Part shown: positions 9,285 to 17,962 of the stretch, one piece after another
Position numbering within the stretch: the stretch's first letter is position 1
Layout of the letters: every line of letters starts with the position of its first letter
DNA from: an uncultured Gammaproteobacteria bacterium
GTDB lineage: Bacteria > Patescibacteriota > Microgenomatia > CAYGWK01
Assembly: GCA_964353785.1 (NCBI GenBank)
Contig: CAYGWK010000001.1
Span: forward strand, 26,982 to 90,981
DNA length: 64,000 nt
Direction: 5' to 3'
Program-made: the position numbers and the translations under genes
The notes under the pieces: model-generated
The model's input: only the letters and a program-made list of their open reading frames with translations
Database searches by the model: none
Told to the model about the DNA's origin: nothing

Positions 9285-11047
9285 GGTACTGGTCCGGTGC
9301 CTCGCAAAAATATTGCTTGCCAGGGCTGATAGTTTGAATAAAAGGTCCGTTCCTGTAAAACCTCGCCACCTCTTTCAACTTTCCAGTCAAAAGCGACCTT
9401 GGCTCCCCAGGCTTTCCAGTCTATTTGTTTAATTTGGCCAGAAGGCAGGGTTGGATCATCTTGATATAAATCAGGCGGTGGAGGAACCTGGTCCCAAACT
9501 CGGGATTTGCCAATTAAAGATACCCTTCCGTCCGAGGTTCCATAAAGTTCAAAAACTAATTTTTTATTTTTGGTATCAACCAAAGTTTGAATCAAAATAT
9601 AGGCTGGAGTATCGTTTTTAAATTTCAAATCCGCAGTTGGGTCCCAAACCGTGGCATCCAAACCTGGAGAAAAACCCTGCTCATAATAAGATACCCTATA
9701 GGCATGGGGATGTCTTTCCTCCACAGGTAAACCAGCCGAAAGAACGGCCCGAAACAGGGTTGTTGAGACCTGACAAACTCCGCCGCCGTCGCCTAAAATT
9801 GTTCTTCCTTCGCGAATAACATAGGCTTCTTGATAGCCTGTAGCCTGAGAAACTTCGCCCAAGGAACGGTTGAAGGAAAAAGTCTCTCCAGAGGGAATTA
9901 AAATTCCATTCAATCTTGAAGAAGCCAAGGTAATATTATGGATTCTTGAGGTAATTGAGCCCCTGAAGAAAGATTCACCTTTGCCCAAAAGCTCCTTAAT
10001 ACCGAGGCTGTTGACATCTTGGGTTTTGACCTGGGGAGGAATTTTTGCAAAAGGAATAGAAAGAGTTTCTTTTTTTGCCCCTTCCTTTTCAATTTTTTCA
10101 AGAAGAGACAAAAGCCCGCTTTTTAATTTTTCTTCATCAATTTTTATTCCCTCTTTGGCAGGTTTAAAGATAACCACTTTTCCTTCAGAGAACTGAAAGG
10201 CAGCATTTTGAGGAGGGCGATTAAAAGTTGAAGAAAGGTTAGCCGCCACGCTTGCGATTTTCTCTTGGTCAAACCCGTCCCAGGGAGAAACAAGGTCAAT
10301 TAAATCTTTTTCCATTAAGGTTTGCGACTCTTCTTCAAGGACAAGTTCTATTTTTTTATCCAAAAACTTTTCCGCTCTCTCTTTGGTTTTTTCAAGTTCC
10401 GCTGGGGTGAGTTTTGGAGTGGTAAAAATAATTGGCAGGGAAATTGGCTCGCTTGAAAGTTGGACTAAGTTTAAGTTTACTTTTTCTCGAAGAAGTTTTA
10501 AGTCTGCCTCCTGGCCATCTTTTCCTGGGTCGATGATGATCTGTTTTCCAGAAAGAAGAATTTGGGGTTCAATAGCGGGAATAAAAATTGCCTGGGAAAT
10601 TTCTTCTAATTTTTGGCCTAGGGCAGACTGATTAAGACTATAACTTAAAGGGAGATTAATTTCTCCTTTCCAGGCATGCCATTTTTCTAAATAGGCACGG
10701 AAAGGATTTTTATTTCTGCCAACTGAATAAGCTGAATTTACATCTTTTTCGATATCATAAGATAATTCAAGTTCGGACAAAGAAATATTCCAGGTCTTGC
10801 CTGGAGCGCTAATTATAATTTCATTTGGTTTTTTGGCTTGAATCTCTTGGAAGAGAAAATTTTTGGCTTGGTTTTTGGTTTTGTTTCCCAAGTCTATTCC
10901 GGCGACGTTAACCCCTGGATAAATTCGGCCAAAATAGGCAAGATGATAGGCAAGAAGAACAACCAAAGTAAACCCGAGAGCAAAAATTGGGATTAGTTTA
11001 AAAAACTTCTTGAAACGAACTTCCATTTTCCTGTATGATATACTCAA
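9281..11047 (-). CDS. VanW-family protein with an N-terminal TM anchor
   Basis: 'GDGGGVCQVSTTLFRAVLSAGLPVEERHPH' is the VanW core motif; N-terminal TM 'LIPIFALGFTLVVLLAYHL'. Confidence 0.7.
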   Translation of the reverse strand: MSISYRKMEVRFKKFFKLIPIFALGFTLVVLLAYHLAYFGRIYPGVNVAGIDLGNKTKNQAKNFLFQEIQAKKPNEIIISAPGKTWNISLSELELSYDIEKDVNSAYSVGRNKNPFRAYLEKWHAWKGEINLPLSYSLNQSALGQKLEEISQAIFIPAIEPQILLSGKQIIIDPGKDGQEADLKLLREKVNLNLVQLSSEPISLPIIFTTPKLTPAELEKTKERAEKFLDKKIELVLEEESQTLMEKDLIDLVSPWDGFDQEKIASVAANLSSTFNRPPQNAAFQFSEGKVVIFKPAKEGIKIDEEKLKSGLLSLLEKIEKEGAKKETLSIPFAKIPPQVKTQDVNSLGIKELLGKGESFFRGSITSRIHNITLASSRLNGILIPSGETFSFNRSLGEVSQATGYQEAYVIREGRTILGDGGGVCQVSTTLFRAVLSAGLPVEERHPHAYRVSYYEQGFSPGLDATVWDPTADLKFKNDTPAYILIQTLVDTKNKKLVFELYGTSDGRVSLIGKSRVWDQVPPPPDLYQDDPTLPSGQIKQIDWKAWGAKVAFDWKVERGGEVLQERTFYSNYQPWQAIFLRGTGPVP

Positions 11048-11113
11048 TTAACTCGAATTTGCAATTCTCGTTAATTGATTATGAACCCAACATAGCTGTT
11101 TGTAATATGCAAA

Positions 11114-12595
11114 TTGGAATATGTTGGGTATAGCATAAGAATGGATCAACAAGAAGAAAATATTTCAGAACAAACTCTAGTTTCGGCTGAACCCACACCA
11201 GAGACTGTAGCCGTGCCACCGCCAGCCGAGACCCCACCGCCCCCACCTGCTGAAACTCAGGCAAAAACTTTTATTATGGAAGAAGAGGGAGGGGGGCTTT
11301 CGAAACTTAAAGGAATCCTGCCAGTAATACTGGTGCTTTTAGTTTTAGTAATCGGCGCTTTTGCTGTTTTTAAATTCGTCCTTCCGAAAATGGCCAAACC
11401 CAAAGAAGTAAGTTTGACTTATTGGGGGCTTTGGGAACCAGAAACGGTTATGTCTTCAGTAATTTCTGATTATCAAAAAACTCATCCAAATGTAAAAATA
11501 AATTATGTTTTTCAATCACCCAAAGATTATCGAGAAAGACTCGCCTCGGCTTTGGTTTCCGATAAAGGACCAGATATTTTTCGCTTTCATTCAAGTTGGG
11601 TACCAATGTTTAAAAATGACCTCTCGCCAATTCCGGCCAAAACTATGGATGCGGCTTCTTTTGAAGCAAGTTTTTATCCAGTGGCCAGACAAGATTTGCG
11701 GGTCGGTAATTCTTATGTTGGCATTCCTTTGGAAATTGATACCTTGGCGCTTTTTATAAATGAGGAGATTTTTGAGACGGCTGGCAAAACTCCACCGACC
11801 ACCTGGGATGAACTTAGAAAAACCGCCATTGAACTGACGACTAAAGATTCAGAAGGGAAAATCCAAATTTCTGGAGCGGCTTTGGGAAGAACGGAAAATG
11901 TTGACCACTGGTCAGATATTTTGGCTTTGATGATGCTTCAAAACGGAGCAGACCTAACAAACCCAACTGGAGCTTTAGCTGAAGATGCCCTGGCTTTTTT
12001 TAGTATTTTTTCCAAAATTGATGGAGTTTGGGACGAAACTCTACCTTCTTCAACTGCCGCTTTTGCTGGAGGAAAAGTGGCCATGTATTTTGGTTCTTCC
12101 TGGGAAGTTTTTGAAATCAAAAAAGCCAATCCCAATTTGCGGTTTCGGGTTTTACCAGTTCCTCAACTTGAGGGAACAAATATAACTTGGGCGAGTTACT
12201 GGGTTGAAGGAGTGGCGAAAAAGTCAAAATTCCAGGATGAGTCTTTTGAGTTTTTGAAATATCTTTCCGAAAGGGAAACCCTGCAGAAACTTTTTCAAGC
12301 GGAAAGCCAACTTCGGCTCTTTGGTGAGCCTTATTCCCGGGTTGATATGGCAAACCTTCTCTCTGACGATGATTTTGCCGGAGCCTTTATTAAGCAGGCG
12401 CCGGCGGCTCGGTCTTGGTATTTATGCTCGCGGACTTTTGATAATGGCCTAAATGATAAAATGATTAAATATTTTGAAGATGCGGTTAATAGCGTTAACG
12501 AGGGAAAAACCGCCAAAGAAGCTTTGGAGACAACTGCTTCCGGAGTCTCCCAAATTTTGGCTCAATACGGAATTTCTGCCTCTGTGGTAAGATAG
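11114..12595 (+). CDS. Extracellular solute-binding protein (ABC transporter SBP family 1-like, sugar type); the true start may be the ATG at 11141
   Basis: TM/signal 'ILPVILVLLVLVIGAFAVF', then 'LTYWGLWEPE...YQKTHPNVKINY...DIFRFHSSW', typical of the SBP_bac_1 family. Confidence 0.55.
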   Translation: MEYVGYSIRMDQQEENISEQTLVSAEPTPETVAVPPPAETPPPPPAETQAKTFIMEEEGGGLSKLKGILPVILVLLVLVIGAFAVFKFVLPKMAKPKEVSLTYWGLWEPETVMSSVISDYQKTHPNVKINYVFQSPKDYRERLASALVSDKGPDIFRFHSSWVPMFKNDLSPIPAKTMDAASFEASFYPVARQDLRVGNSYVGIPLEIDTLALFINEEIFETAGKTPPTTWDELRKTAIELTTKDSEGKIQISGAALGRTENVDHWSDILALMMLQNGADLTNPTGALAEDALAFFSIFSKIDGVWDETLPSSTAAFAGGKVAMYFGSSWEVFEIKKANPNLRFRVLPVPQLEGTNITWASYWVEGVAKKSKFQDESFEFLKYLSERETLQKLFQAESQLRLFGEPYSRVDMANLLSDDDFAGAFIKQAPAARSWYLCSRTFDNGLNDKMIKYFEDAVNSVNEGKTAKEALETTASGVSQILAQYGISASVVR

Positions 12596-12619
12596 GTTTA
12601 CAGTGAGCGCAGTCGAACT

Positions 12620-13267
12620 GTGAAAAAAGAAATTCTTCAAACCTTATCTTATGCTGATGTTTTTGATTATCCTCTTTCAGTTTCGGAAGTCTGGAGATTT
12701 TTAATTAGTCAGAGAAAAACCAAAGTAAGGGATGTTCAAAAAGCCTTGGCACGGATGGGCACGGATTTGAAACTGATTAACACGGAAGGGGGTTTTTATT
12801 TTTTGCCAGGACGAAAGGAAATTATAGAAACCAGAAGAAAAAGAGAAAGGGAAAGTAGAAAAAAATTAGAGATTGCGGAAAAAGTTGCGGGAATTTTGCG
12901 GAAAATCCCCTGGGTAAAAATGATTGGAGTAACCGGCGCCTTAGCAATGGAAAATTCAAATAAAGAAGATGATATTGATTTGTTTATCATTACCTCAAAA
13001 AATCGTCTCTGGCTGACGCGCGGGCTGGTGGTAACCTTTTTACGCCTGACAGGTTTGTACCGTCGACCCGGTAAAATTAAAAACAAAATTTGCCCAAACA
13101 TGCTTCTAGATGAAGATCATTTTGAGGTTCCTAAAAATGAACAAGATTTGTTTTCTGCTCATGAGGTTTGCCAGTTAAAAGTAATTTGGGAGAGAGAGGG
13201 AATTTATCAAAAATTTTTAAAGGAGAACCAATGGTCCAAAAAATTTTTACCAAATTGGAAGCCTTAG
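12620..13267 (+). CDS. Nucleotidyltransferase-domain (Pol-beta superfamily) protein, hypothetical
   Basis: 'GVTGALAMENSNKEDDIDLFIIT' matches the G[ST]x9-13 DxD nucleotidyltransferase motif. Confidence 0.4.
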   Translation: MKKEILQTLSYADVFDYPLSVSEVWRFLISQRKTKVRDVQKALARMGTDLKLINTEGGFYFLPGRKEIIETRRKRERESRKKLEIAEKVAGILRKIPWVKMIGVTGALAMENSNKEDDIDLFIITSKNRLWLTRGLVVTFLRLTGLYRRPGKIKNKICPNMLLDEDHFEVPKNEQDLFSAHEVCQLKVIWEREGIYQKFLKENQWSKKFLPNWKP

Positions 13268-13412
13268 CCAGATGGCTGCAGTTAAAATATATGGCTTCTC
13301 GGAGAACAACCGAGATAGTTGAACCTGGCCGAATTCGTTTTCATCCAAAAGATGCAAGAGTTTGGGTTTTGAGAGAATATCAAAAACGATTAGATAAACT
13401 GGAAATTAAATA

Positions 13413-13901
13413 ATGGATATTTTATCTCACGCTCTTTGGGGAGCAACAATTGTTAGAGATAAAGAGCTTTTACCCTTAGTGATTGGGGCATCTGTTTTTC
13501 CAGATGTGGGTTGTTTGCCTGATGTCTTTGAGGTTCTGCGTGTCTATTACCAGGATTATAAAAGGGGAGTCAAAAGAAGCTTCAAAGAGCTTTTGACTGA
13601 CTGGAAGGAAATTCCCTCACGCGCCTCTGCTTTTGGTGTTTATTATTTTTTCCATAGCTTCTTTGTTTGGTTAGCACTTACTGGGGCTTTATTTTTGATA
13701 GCCAGAGATTATCTAGTAATTTCAATTTGCTATCTGCTTCATCTTTTAATTGATATTCCAACCCACCGAGAAGCAAGACCCTTCTTTCCTTTTTCTAAGT
13801 TTCATATTAAAGGAGTTTATTTTCTAGATGATTGGCGAGTTTTTCTTATTAACATTTTTCTTCTGGCTATTATTAACCTCATAATTGTTAATTTTACTTG
13901 A
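13413..13901 (+). CDS. Hypothetical integral membrane protein (DUF457/YdjM-like membrane-bound hydrolase is possible)
   Basis: Begins 'MDILSHALWG'; 3-4 TM segments; His residues in 'HLLIDIPTHRE'. Confidence 0.3.
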   Translation: MDILSHALWGATIVRDKELLPLVIGASVFPDVGCLPDVFEVLRVYYQDYKRGVKRSFKELLTDWKEIPSRASAFGVYYFFHSFFVWLALTGALFLIARDYLVISICYLLHLLIDIPTHREARPFFPFSKFHIKGVYFLDDWRVFLINIFLLAIINLIIVNFT

Positions 13902-14057
13902 TTTTTAGCCTATATTGTGTTAATCTCCGCTTAGAAAATTCCAGTCTTTCTGGATTTAGGCTTTCAGAAAAGGCTGATTAAATATAGTTCTTTGACATCG
14001 CTATTTCATTGCCGTTGCCAGCGGTTCTGGTAAAGAAGAAAAAAGGAGGAGGAAGAA

Positions 14058-14360
14058 GTGGAAGAGTGGTTAGGAGTTGGGGCGAGTCTGGTGGTTTGGG
14101 TAGCCATCTACTTCATTGTCATGTTCCTTTGGGTTCCGCGAATCCGTTGGACCAGACATATCAGGTTAAATGAACTGCTCATCCTCTTTGGACTACCGAT
14201 TCTTATAGGAATAGTCGCAGGCTGGGTTTCAGGCAATTGGGTTATAGGAGCGCTTTTCTTTCTGGTCCCGCCAGTTTCCTTAATAATTGTGGTCTTTCTG
14301 CTCCTCGCGGATTTAATCATTCGACCACCAGACGTCAAGAAACCGATCAAGTCGGGATAG
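14058..14360 (+). CDS. Small hydrophobic protein (about 100 aa, 3 TM), GTG start behind a strong SD 'AAAAGGAGGAGG'
   Basis: SD 8 nt upstream; locally elevated GC; hydrophobic sequence 'LVVWVAIYFIVMFLWV...LILFGLPILIGIVAGWVSGNWVIGALFFLVPPVSLIIVVFLLL'. Confidence 0.45.
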   Translation: MEEWLGVGASLVVWVAIYFIVMFLWVPRIRWTRHIRLNELLILFGLPILIGIVAGWVSGNWVIGALFFLVPPVSLIIVVFLLLADLIIRPPDVKKPIKSG

Positions 14361-14374
14361 AAAAGGAGGAAAGG

Positions 14375-14497
14375 ATGGACCGAGTTATTAGCGGGTTTAT
14401 ATACGTGATTGGTTTCTGCGCATCGGTTGAGCTTCTTTCTATCGTCTTGGGCATTCCAGTTCTCGTCTTGGTCGCCTTGACTAGCGGGATACATTAG
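14375..14497 (+). CDS. Small hydrophobic peptide (40 aa, 1-2 TM), SD 'AAAAGGAGGAAAGG' then ATG
   Basis: 'MDRVISGFIYVIGFCASVELLSIVLGIPVLVLVALTSGIH'; canonical SD spacing. Confidence 0.4.
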   Translation: MDRVISGFIYVIGFCASVELLSIVLGIPVLVLVALTSGIH

Positions 14498-14510
14498 AAA
14501 AGGAGGAAAG

Positions 14511-14687
14511 ATGAGCCCAGAAGATGTAAGACTGCTAGCTCAGTTTGTCATAGCCCTGTTTGTTGGCCTTCTGCCCTCTCTCTGGATAGCAGGGACTCTA
14601 GTAAAGAGCGACGCCGATTATCTCGACCTTTATTACCTGGATCGGGAAAAATGGGAAGAGCAGCGGAGAAAACACTACGGAGGATGA
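14511..14687 (+). CDS. Small membrane protein (58 aa, 1 TM plus charged tail), SD 'AAAAGGAGGAAAG' then ATG
   Basis: 'MSPEDVRLLAQFVIALFVGLLPSLWIAGTLVKSDADYLDLYYLDREKWEEQRRKHYGG', translated by hand. Confidence 0.4.
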   Translation: MSPEDVRLLAQFVIALFVGLLPSLWIAGTLVKSDADYLDLYYLDREKWEEQRRKHYGG

Positions 14688-14793
14688 GATGAAATGGCGA
14701 TAACATTTAGGAAAAAAGGGACTACCTACAGGGGTTAATGACCTATGCAAGGGGTCTCTTTTAATATGGGAAAAAAATTGTTAAAATTGACCT

Positions 14794-17025
14794 ATGCCTC
14801 AAGAAAGTTTTGAAAAAGTAATTTTAGAACTTCGGTTGCCAAGAGAATCGGAGGAAACAACCGAGGCAATGGCGGCCTGTTTTTCCGCTCTGGCAAATAT
14901 TAAATCTTCATTTTTAGACCGACTTTTGGGCAAGGAAAAGCCTTTAATTTTTGAAATTGCTACTTATAATCAAATCATTCATTTTTATGCCGTTTTGCCT
15001 TTAGAGTATCAAACCTATTTTGAAAGCCAACTTTCCGCTCAATATCCTAAAGCAACCATTTTGGCTTCTCCTGATTATCTCCCTTCTTGGTTAACTTTAG
15101 GCCAGGCTTTGGTCTCTGGACAACTAAAATTAATTTCTCCATTTTATTTTCCCTTAAAAACTTATTTAGATTTTAAAGAGACTGACCCTTTATCCTCGAT
15201 TTTGGGAACTCTGGCTCGGGCCGAGAAAGAGGAGAAAGTCTTGGTTCAAATTGTTCTACTTCCGGCGGGCAAAGGTTGGCAAAGGGTTGGTTCTTCGGTT
15301 TTGCGAAAAGGAGTGACTCTTCCTGATGGAAAAATTTCCTCCCACCCTCAAGAAAAATTAATTGAGCAAAAGATTTCCCAACCAGGTTTTAGGGCGGCCA
15401 TCCGGCTTCTTGTTTGCTCACCGACGAAAGCCGCCAGCGCCTCTTTGCTTCGCCATCTGGCTGGTTCTTTTGGGGGAGTGGCTTTGGGTGAGGGAAATGC
15501 TTTTTCCTTGACAAAACCCTCTTTTTGGCAAGAGAAAAAATTTGAAAAATCAATATTTTTACGAAAACCTGGCTTTGTTCCTAAAAATCAAATCTTAAAT
15601 ACTCAAGAGCTGGCCACTATTTATCATTTACCAAGTATAACTTTGTCGGGAATTAAAAACATTGCCTGGGGAACAAAGCTAACTGGTGAGCCGCCAGACA
15701 ATTTACCAATTGCTATTGGTGCCACTGAAGAAGAAAAGCAAAAAATTAACTTTTTCGCCAGGACAGAGTTTAAAAATAAACTAATTACTTTTGGGATTAA
15801 AAAAGACGACCGCCGACGCCACATTTATATTATTGGTAAAACCGGCACCGGGAAAACAACCTTAATTGCCAATATGGCCATTAACGATATGCGAAATCGC
15901 GAAGGCTTGGCCGTGGTTGATCCTCATGGAGATTTATCAGAGATTTTATTAGATTTTATTCCTTCCCATCGTTTAAATGATGTTTGTTATCTTGATCCAT
16001 CTGACCGAGCCCATCCATTTTATTTAAATCCTTTAGAAGTTAAAGACCCAGAACACCGGGAACTGGTGGCCTCAGGAATTGTCGCCATTTTCTACAAACT
16101 TTATTCCTATTCCTGGGGACCGCGCTTAGAGTATATTTTGCGAAACGCGATTTTGACTTTACTTTCAAAGCCAGACTCAACTCTAGTTGAAGTTCCTGAA
16201 CTTTTAACCAATCGAGATTTTCGCCAAAAGGTAGTTGAGAAAATTGATGACCGGGTTTTGCGGAATTTTTGGACCAAAGAATTTGAGCAAATGTCAGAAA
16301 GACTGATGGCAGAAGCAATTTCGCCGATTTTAAATAAGGTTGGTCAGTTTGTCTCCTCTCCGATGATTCGGGGAATTATCGGTCATCCCCGCTCAACTGT
16401 AGATTTGGAAGAAATAATGAATGAAGGAAAAATTTTAATTGTTAATTTATCTCAAGGAAAGCTAGGGGAGGACAATGCCGCTCTTTTAGGAGCGATGTTT
16501 ATTACTAAAATGCAGCTGGCCTCCATGGGAAGGGTTAAAGTTCCGGAAGCCGAAAGGCGCGATTTTTATCTTTATGTTGACGAGTTTCAAAATTTTGCCA
16601 CTTCTTCGTTTATTAAAATTTTATCCGAAGCCCGAAAATACCGCTTAAATTTGGCTTTGGCAAACCAGTATATTGCCCAGGTGCCAGAAGAGGTCCAAAA
16701 AGCAATTTTTGGCAATACCGGAACCTTGCTTTCTTTTTTGGTTGGGGCTGAAGACAGTCAGATTCTTTCCCGAGAATTTGGTGGAGTTTATAAAGAAGAG
16801 GAATTGGTGGGCTTAGGGAACTATCAGATAATCTGTAAATTGGCCATTGAAAATTTAACCTCAAGACCATTTTATGCTTTTACTCTGCCTTTGCCCCGTT
16901 CGAAAAATCAAAATCGGGAAAAAGTTTTGCGTCTTTCTCAAGAAAGATACACTAAGCCCCTTGAAAAAGAGGCGCCTTTTATTCAGCCAAAATTTCAGCC
17001 AAGAGCGATTTTTGGAAGAAAATAG
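14794..17025 (+). CDS. VirD4/TraG/TraD-like (type IV coupling protein-like, DUF87/HerA-FtsK superfamily) P-loop ATPase with a soluble N-terminal domain
   Basis: Walker A 'YIIGKTGTGKTTLIANM', 'VVDPHGDL', Walker B 'FYLYVDEFQNF', and a C-terminal 'SEARKYRLNLALANQYIAQV' resembling the T4CP motif; no N-terminal TM segments. Confidence 0.6.
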   Translation: MPQESFEKVILELRLPRESEETTEAMAACFSALANIKSSFLDRLLGKEKPLIFEIATYNQIIHFYAVLPLEYQTYFESQLSAQYPKATILASPDYLPSWLTLGQALVSGQLKLISPFYFPLKTYLDFKETDPLSSILGTLARAEKEEKVLVQIVLLPAGKGWQRVGSSVLRKGVTLPDGKISSHPQEKLIEQKISQPGFRAAIRLLVCSPTKAASASLLRHLAGSFGGVALGEGNAFSLTKPSFWQEKKFEKSIFLRKPGFVPKNQILNTQELATIYHLPSITLSGIKNIAWGTKLTGEPPDNLPIAIGATEEEKQKINFFARTEFKNKLITFGIKKDDRRRHIYIIGKTGTGKTTLIANMAINDMRNREGLAVVDPHGDLSEILLDFIPSHRLNDVCYLDPSDRAHPFYLNPLEVKDPEHRELVASGIVAIFYKLYSYSWGPRLEYILRNAILTLLSKPDSTLVEVPELLTNRDFRQKVVEKIDDRVLRNFWTKEFEQMSERLMAEAISPILNKVGQFVSSPMIRGIIGHPRSTVDLEEIMNEGKILIVNLSQGKLGEDNAALLGAMFITKMQLASMGRVKVPEAERRDFYLYVDEFQNFATSSFIKILSEARKYRLNLALANQYIAQVPEEVQKAIFGNTGTLLSFLVGAEDSQILSREFGGVYKEEELVGLGNYQIICKLAIENLTSRPFYAFTLPLPRSKNQNREKVLRLSQERYTKPLEKEAPFIQPKFQPRAIFGRK

Positions 17026-17041
17026 TTTTTACCACGAGAGA

Positions 17042-17131
17042 GGCGCCGGTTCGATGAGAGAAAATGTAAGTTGTGGGAAATTCCCCAAGGCACTGAGCCA
17101 CAACCTATTTTTTTTGGCGAAATCCGGCGCC
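17042..17131 (+). terminator. Nested inverted repeats: outer GGCGCCGG/CCGGCGCC (17042-17049 / 17124-17131) enclosing the hairpin GTTGTGG-N21-CCACAAC (17070-17104) followed by T8 (17108-17115). This is an intrinsic terminator after the ATPase gene
   Basis: Direct reading of the sequence. Confidence 0.5.
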
Positions 17132-17215
17132 CCAAGCAAGATATTAGTCTTCCGATTGAATGGTTACCTCATAGCAACGTGGTTTACCATTTTCCTTTCC
17201 AGGAGGTAGTACTGG

Positions 17216-17476
17216 TTGATGGTGGATAGTGTTGGTAGGCCGTTGATTGCTACTTGGACGATTCCGTTTTTTGCCTTTATCCTTGCCGGTTTGGTTTCTT
17301 GTCTGAGCCCGCAATCCTTTTCCTCCTTTCGGATTTACAGTGCTTACAGTGGTTATTTGGGTCAGGTTCTAGGTAAGGACAATAGATTTTCCTTATCTTA
17401 CACCAGCCATGACTCCAACCTCTGCGACTCAAGACGCCACCTCCTTTCCGGAAGACTTTTTATATTTTTCTCTTAA
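17216..17476 (+). CDS. Possible small membrane protein (86 aa) behind the SD 'AGGAGG' (17202-17207)
   Basis: SD at correct spacing to the TTG/ATG at 17216/17219; TM 'LIATWTIPFFAFILAGLVSCL'; GC-rich; the rest is low complexity, so this is uncertain. Confidence 0.25.
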   Translation: MMVDSVGRPLIATWTIPFFAFILAGLVSCLSPQSFSSFRIYSAYSGYLGQVLGKDNRFSLSYTSHDSNLCDSRRHLLSGRLFIFFS

Positions 17477-17545
17477 AAAAATAAAACCCGCTGCATTCTG
17501 CGGGAGAATTCATTTAAGGAAATTATTGTTCTTGAAAAGAACTGA
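17476..17545 (-). ncRNA. Candidate small RNA (about 70 nt) transcribed divergently from the groES promoter
   Basis: Minus-strand TTGACA (complement of 17573-17578), a 17-nt spacer, TATAGT (complement of 17550-17555); then the hairpin guucuuuucaagaac, and the intrinsic terminator cccgc-N8-gcggg (17487-17504) followed by a U-run (complement of 17474-17486). Confidence 0.3.
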
Positions 17546-17601
17546 AAAGACTATACAAAAGTCAAAGCCAAATGTCAACTCGGCGTCCCGCTTTGCAGGA
17601 C

Positions 17602-17663
17602 TTGACAAGTAAAAAAAATTCTTCTAAAATAGCACTTGCTTGGTAAGATTGCCAAGTTTTTAG
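17602..17663 (+). promoter_or_regulatory. groESL promoter (TTGACA 17602-17607, 17-nt spacer, TAAAAT 17625-17630) followed by a degenerate CIRCE-like palindrome (TAGCACTTG...CAAGTTTTTA)
   Basis: Direct reading; the CIRCE consensus is TTAGCACTC-N9-GAGTGCTAA and only the left half-site is well conserved. Confidence 0.5.
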
Positions 17664-17960
17664 ATGAAAAAACTTAAGCTTAAACCAACAGCCGGATATA
17701 TTTTAATTGAACCAGTTGAGGCGGAGAGAAAAACTCCTTCAGGGATTGTTTTGCCGGAAACTCATGAGGAAAAACCCCAAAGAGGAAAAGTTTTGGCAGT
17801 TGGCGCAGAGGAAATAACTGATTCTGGACAAAAAAGAATCGCTCCTTGCAAAACTGGCGACTATGTTATCTACAAACAATGGGGCGGAAATGAAGTCAAA
17901 ATTGAAGGTAAAGAATATTTATTTGTGAAATTTGAAGACATACTCGCGGTAGAAGCATAA
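17664..17960 (+). CDS. groES: Co-chaperonin GroES
   Basis: '[27 protein letters not shown]...GKVLAVG' is the GroES signature. Confidence 0.9.
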   Translation: MKKLKLKPTAGYILIEPVEAERKTPSGIVLPETHEEKPQRGKVLAVGAEEITDSGQKRIAPCKTGDYVIYKQWGGNEVKIEGKEYLFVKFEDILAVEA

Positions 17961-17962
17961 CT

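Noticed and set aside
13168-13413. 81-aa ORF overlapping the end of the nucleotidyltransferase-like gene
   Set aside because: It is an out-of-frame overlap with a better-supported CDS and has no signal
16874-17209. 111-aa ORF overlapping the 3' end of the ATPase gene and the terminator
   Set aside because: It spans the nested terminator hairpins and has no SD or promoter; likely spurious
17030-17470. Possible RNase P RNA or tmRNA in the 440-nt GC-rich non-coding stretch
   Set aside because: I looked for the RNase P P4/CR-I (GGAAAGUCCGGGCU), CR-IV (ACAGAA.CCGGCUUA) and the tmRNA tRNA-like end plus tag-peptide ORF. Only weak partial resemblances were found (GGAAAAGGAUUGCGGGCUC on the minus strand; GGTTCGAT without a T-stem). 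That is insufficient, so the region is reported only as unexplained structured sequence
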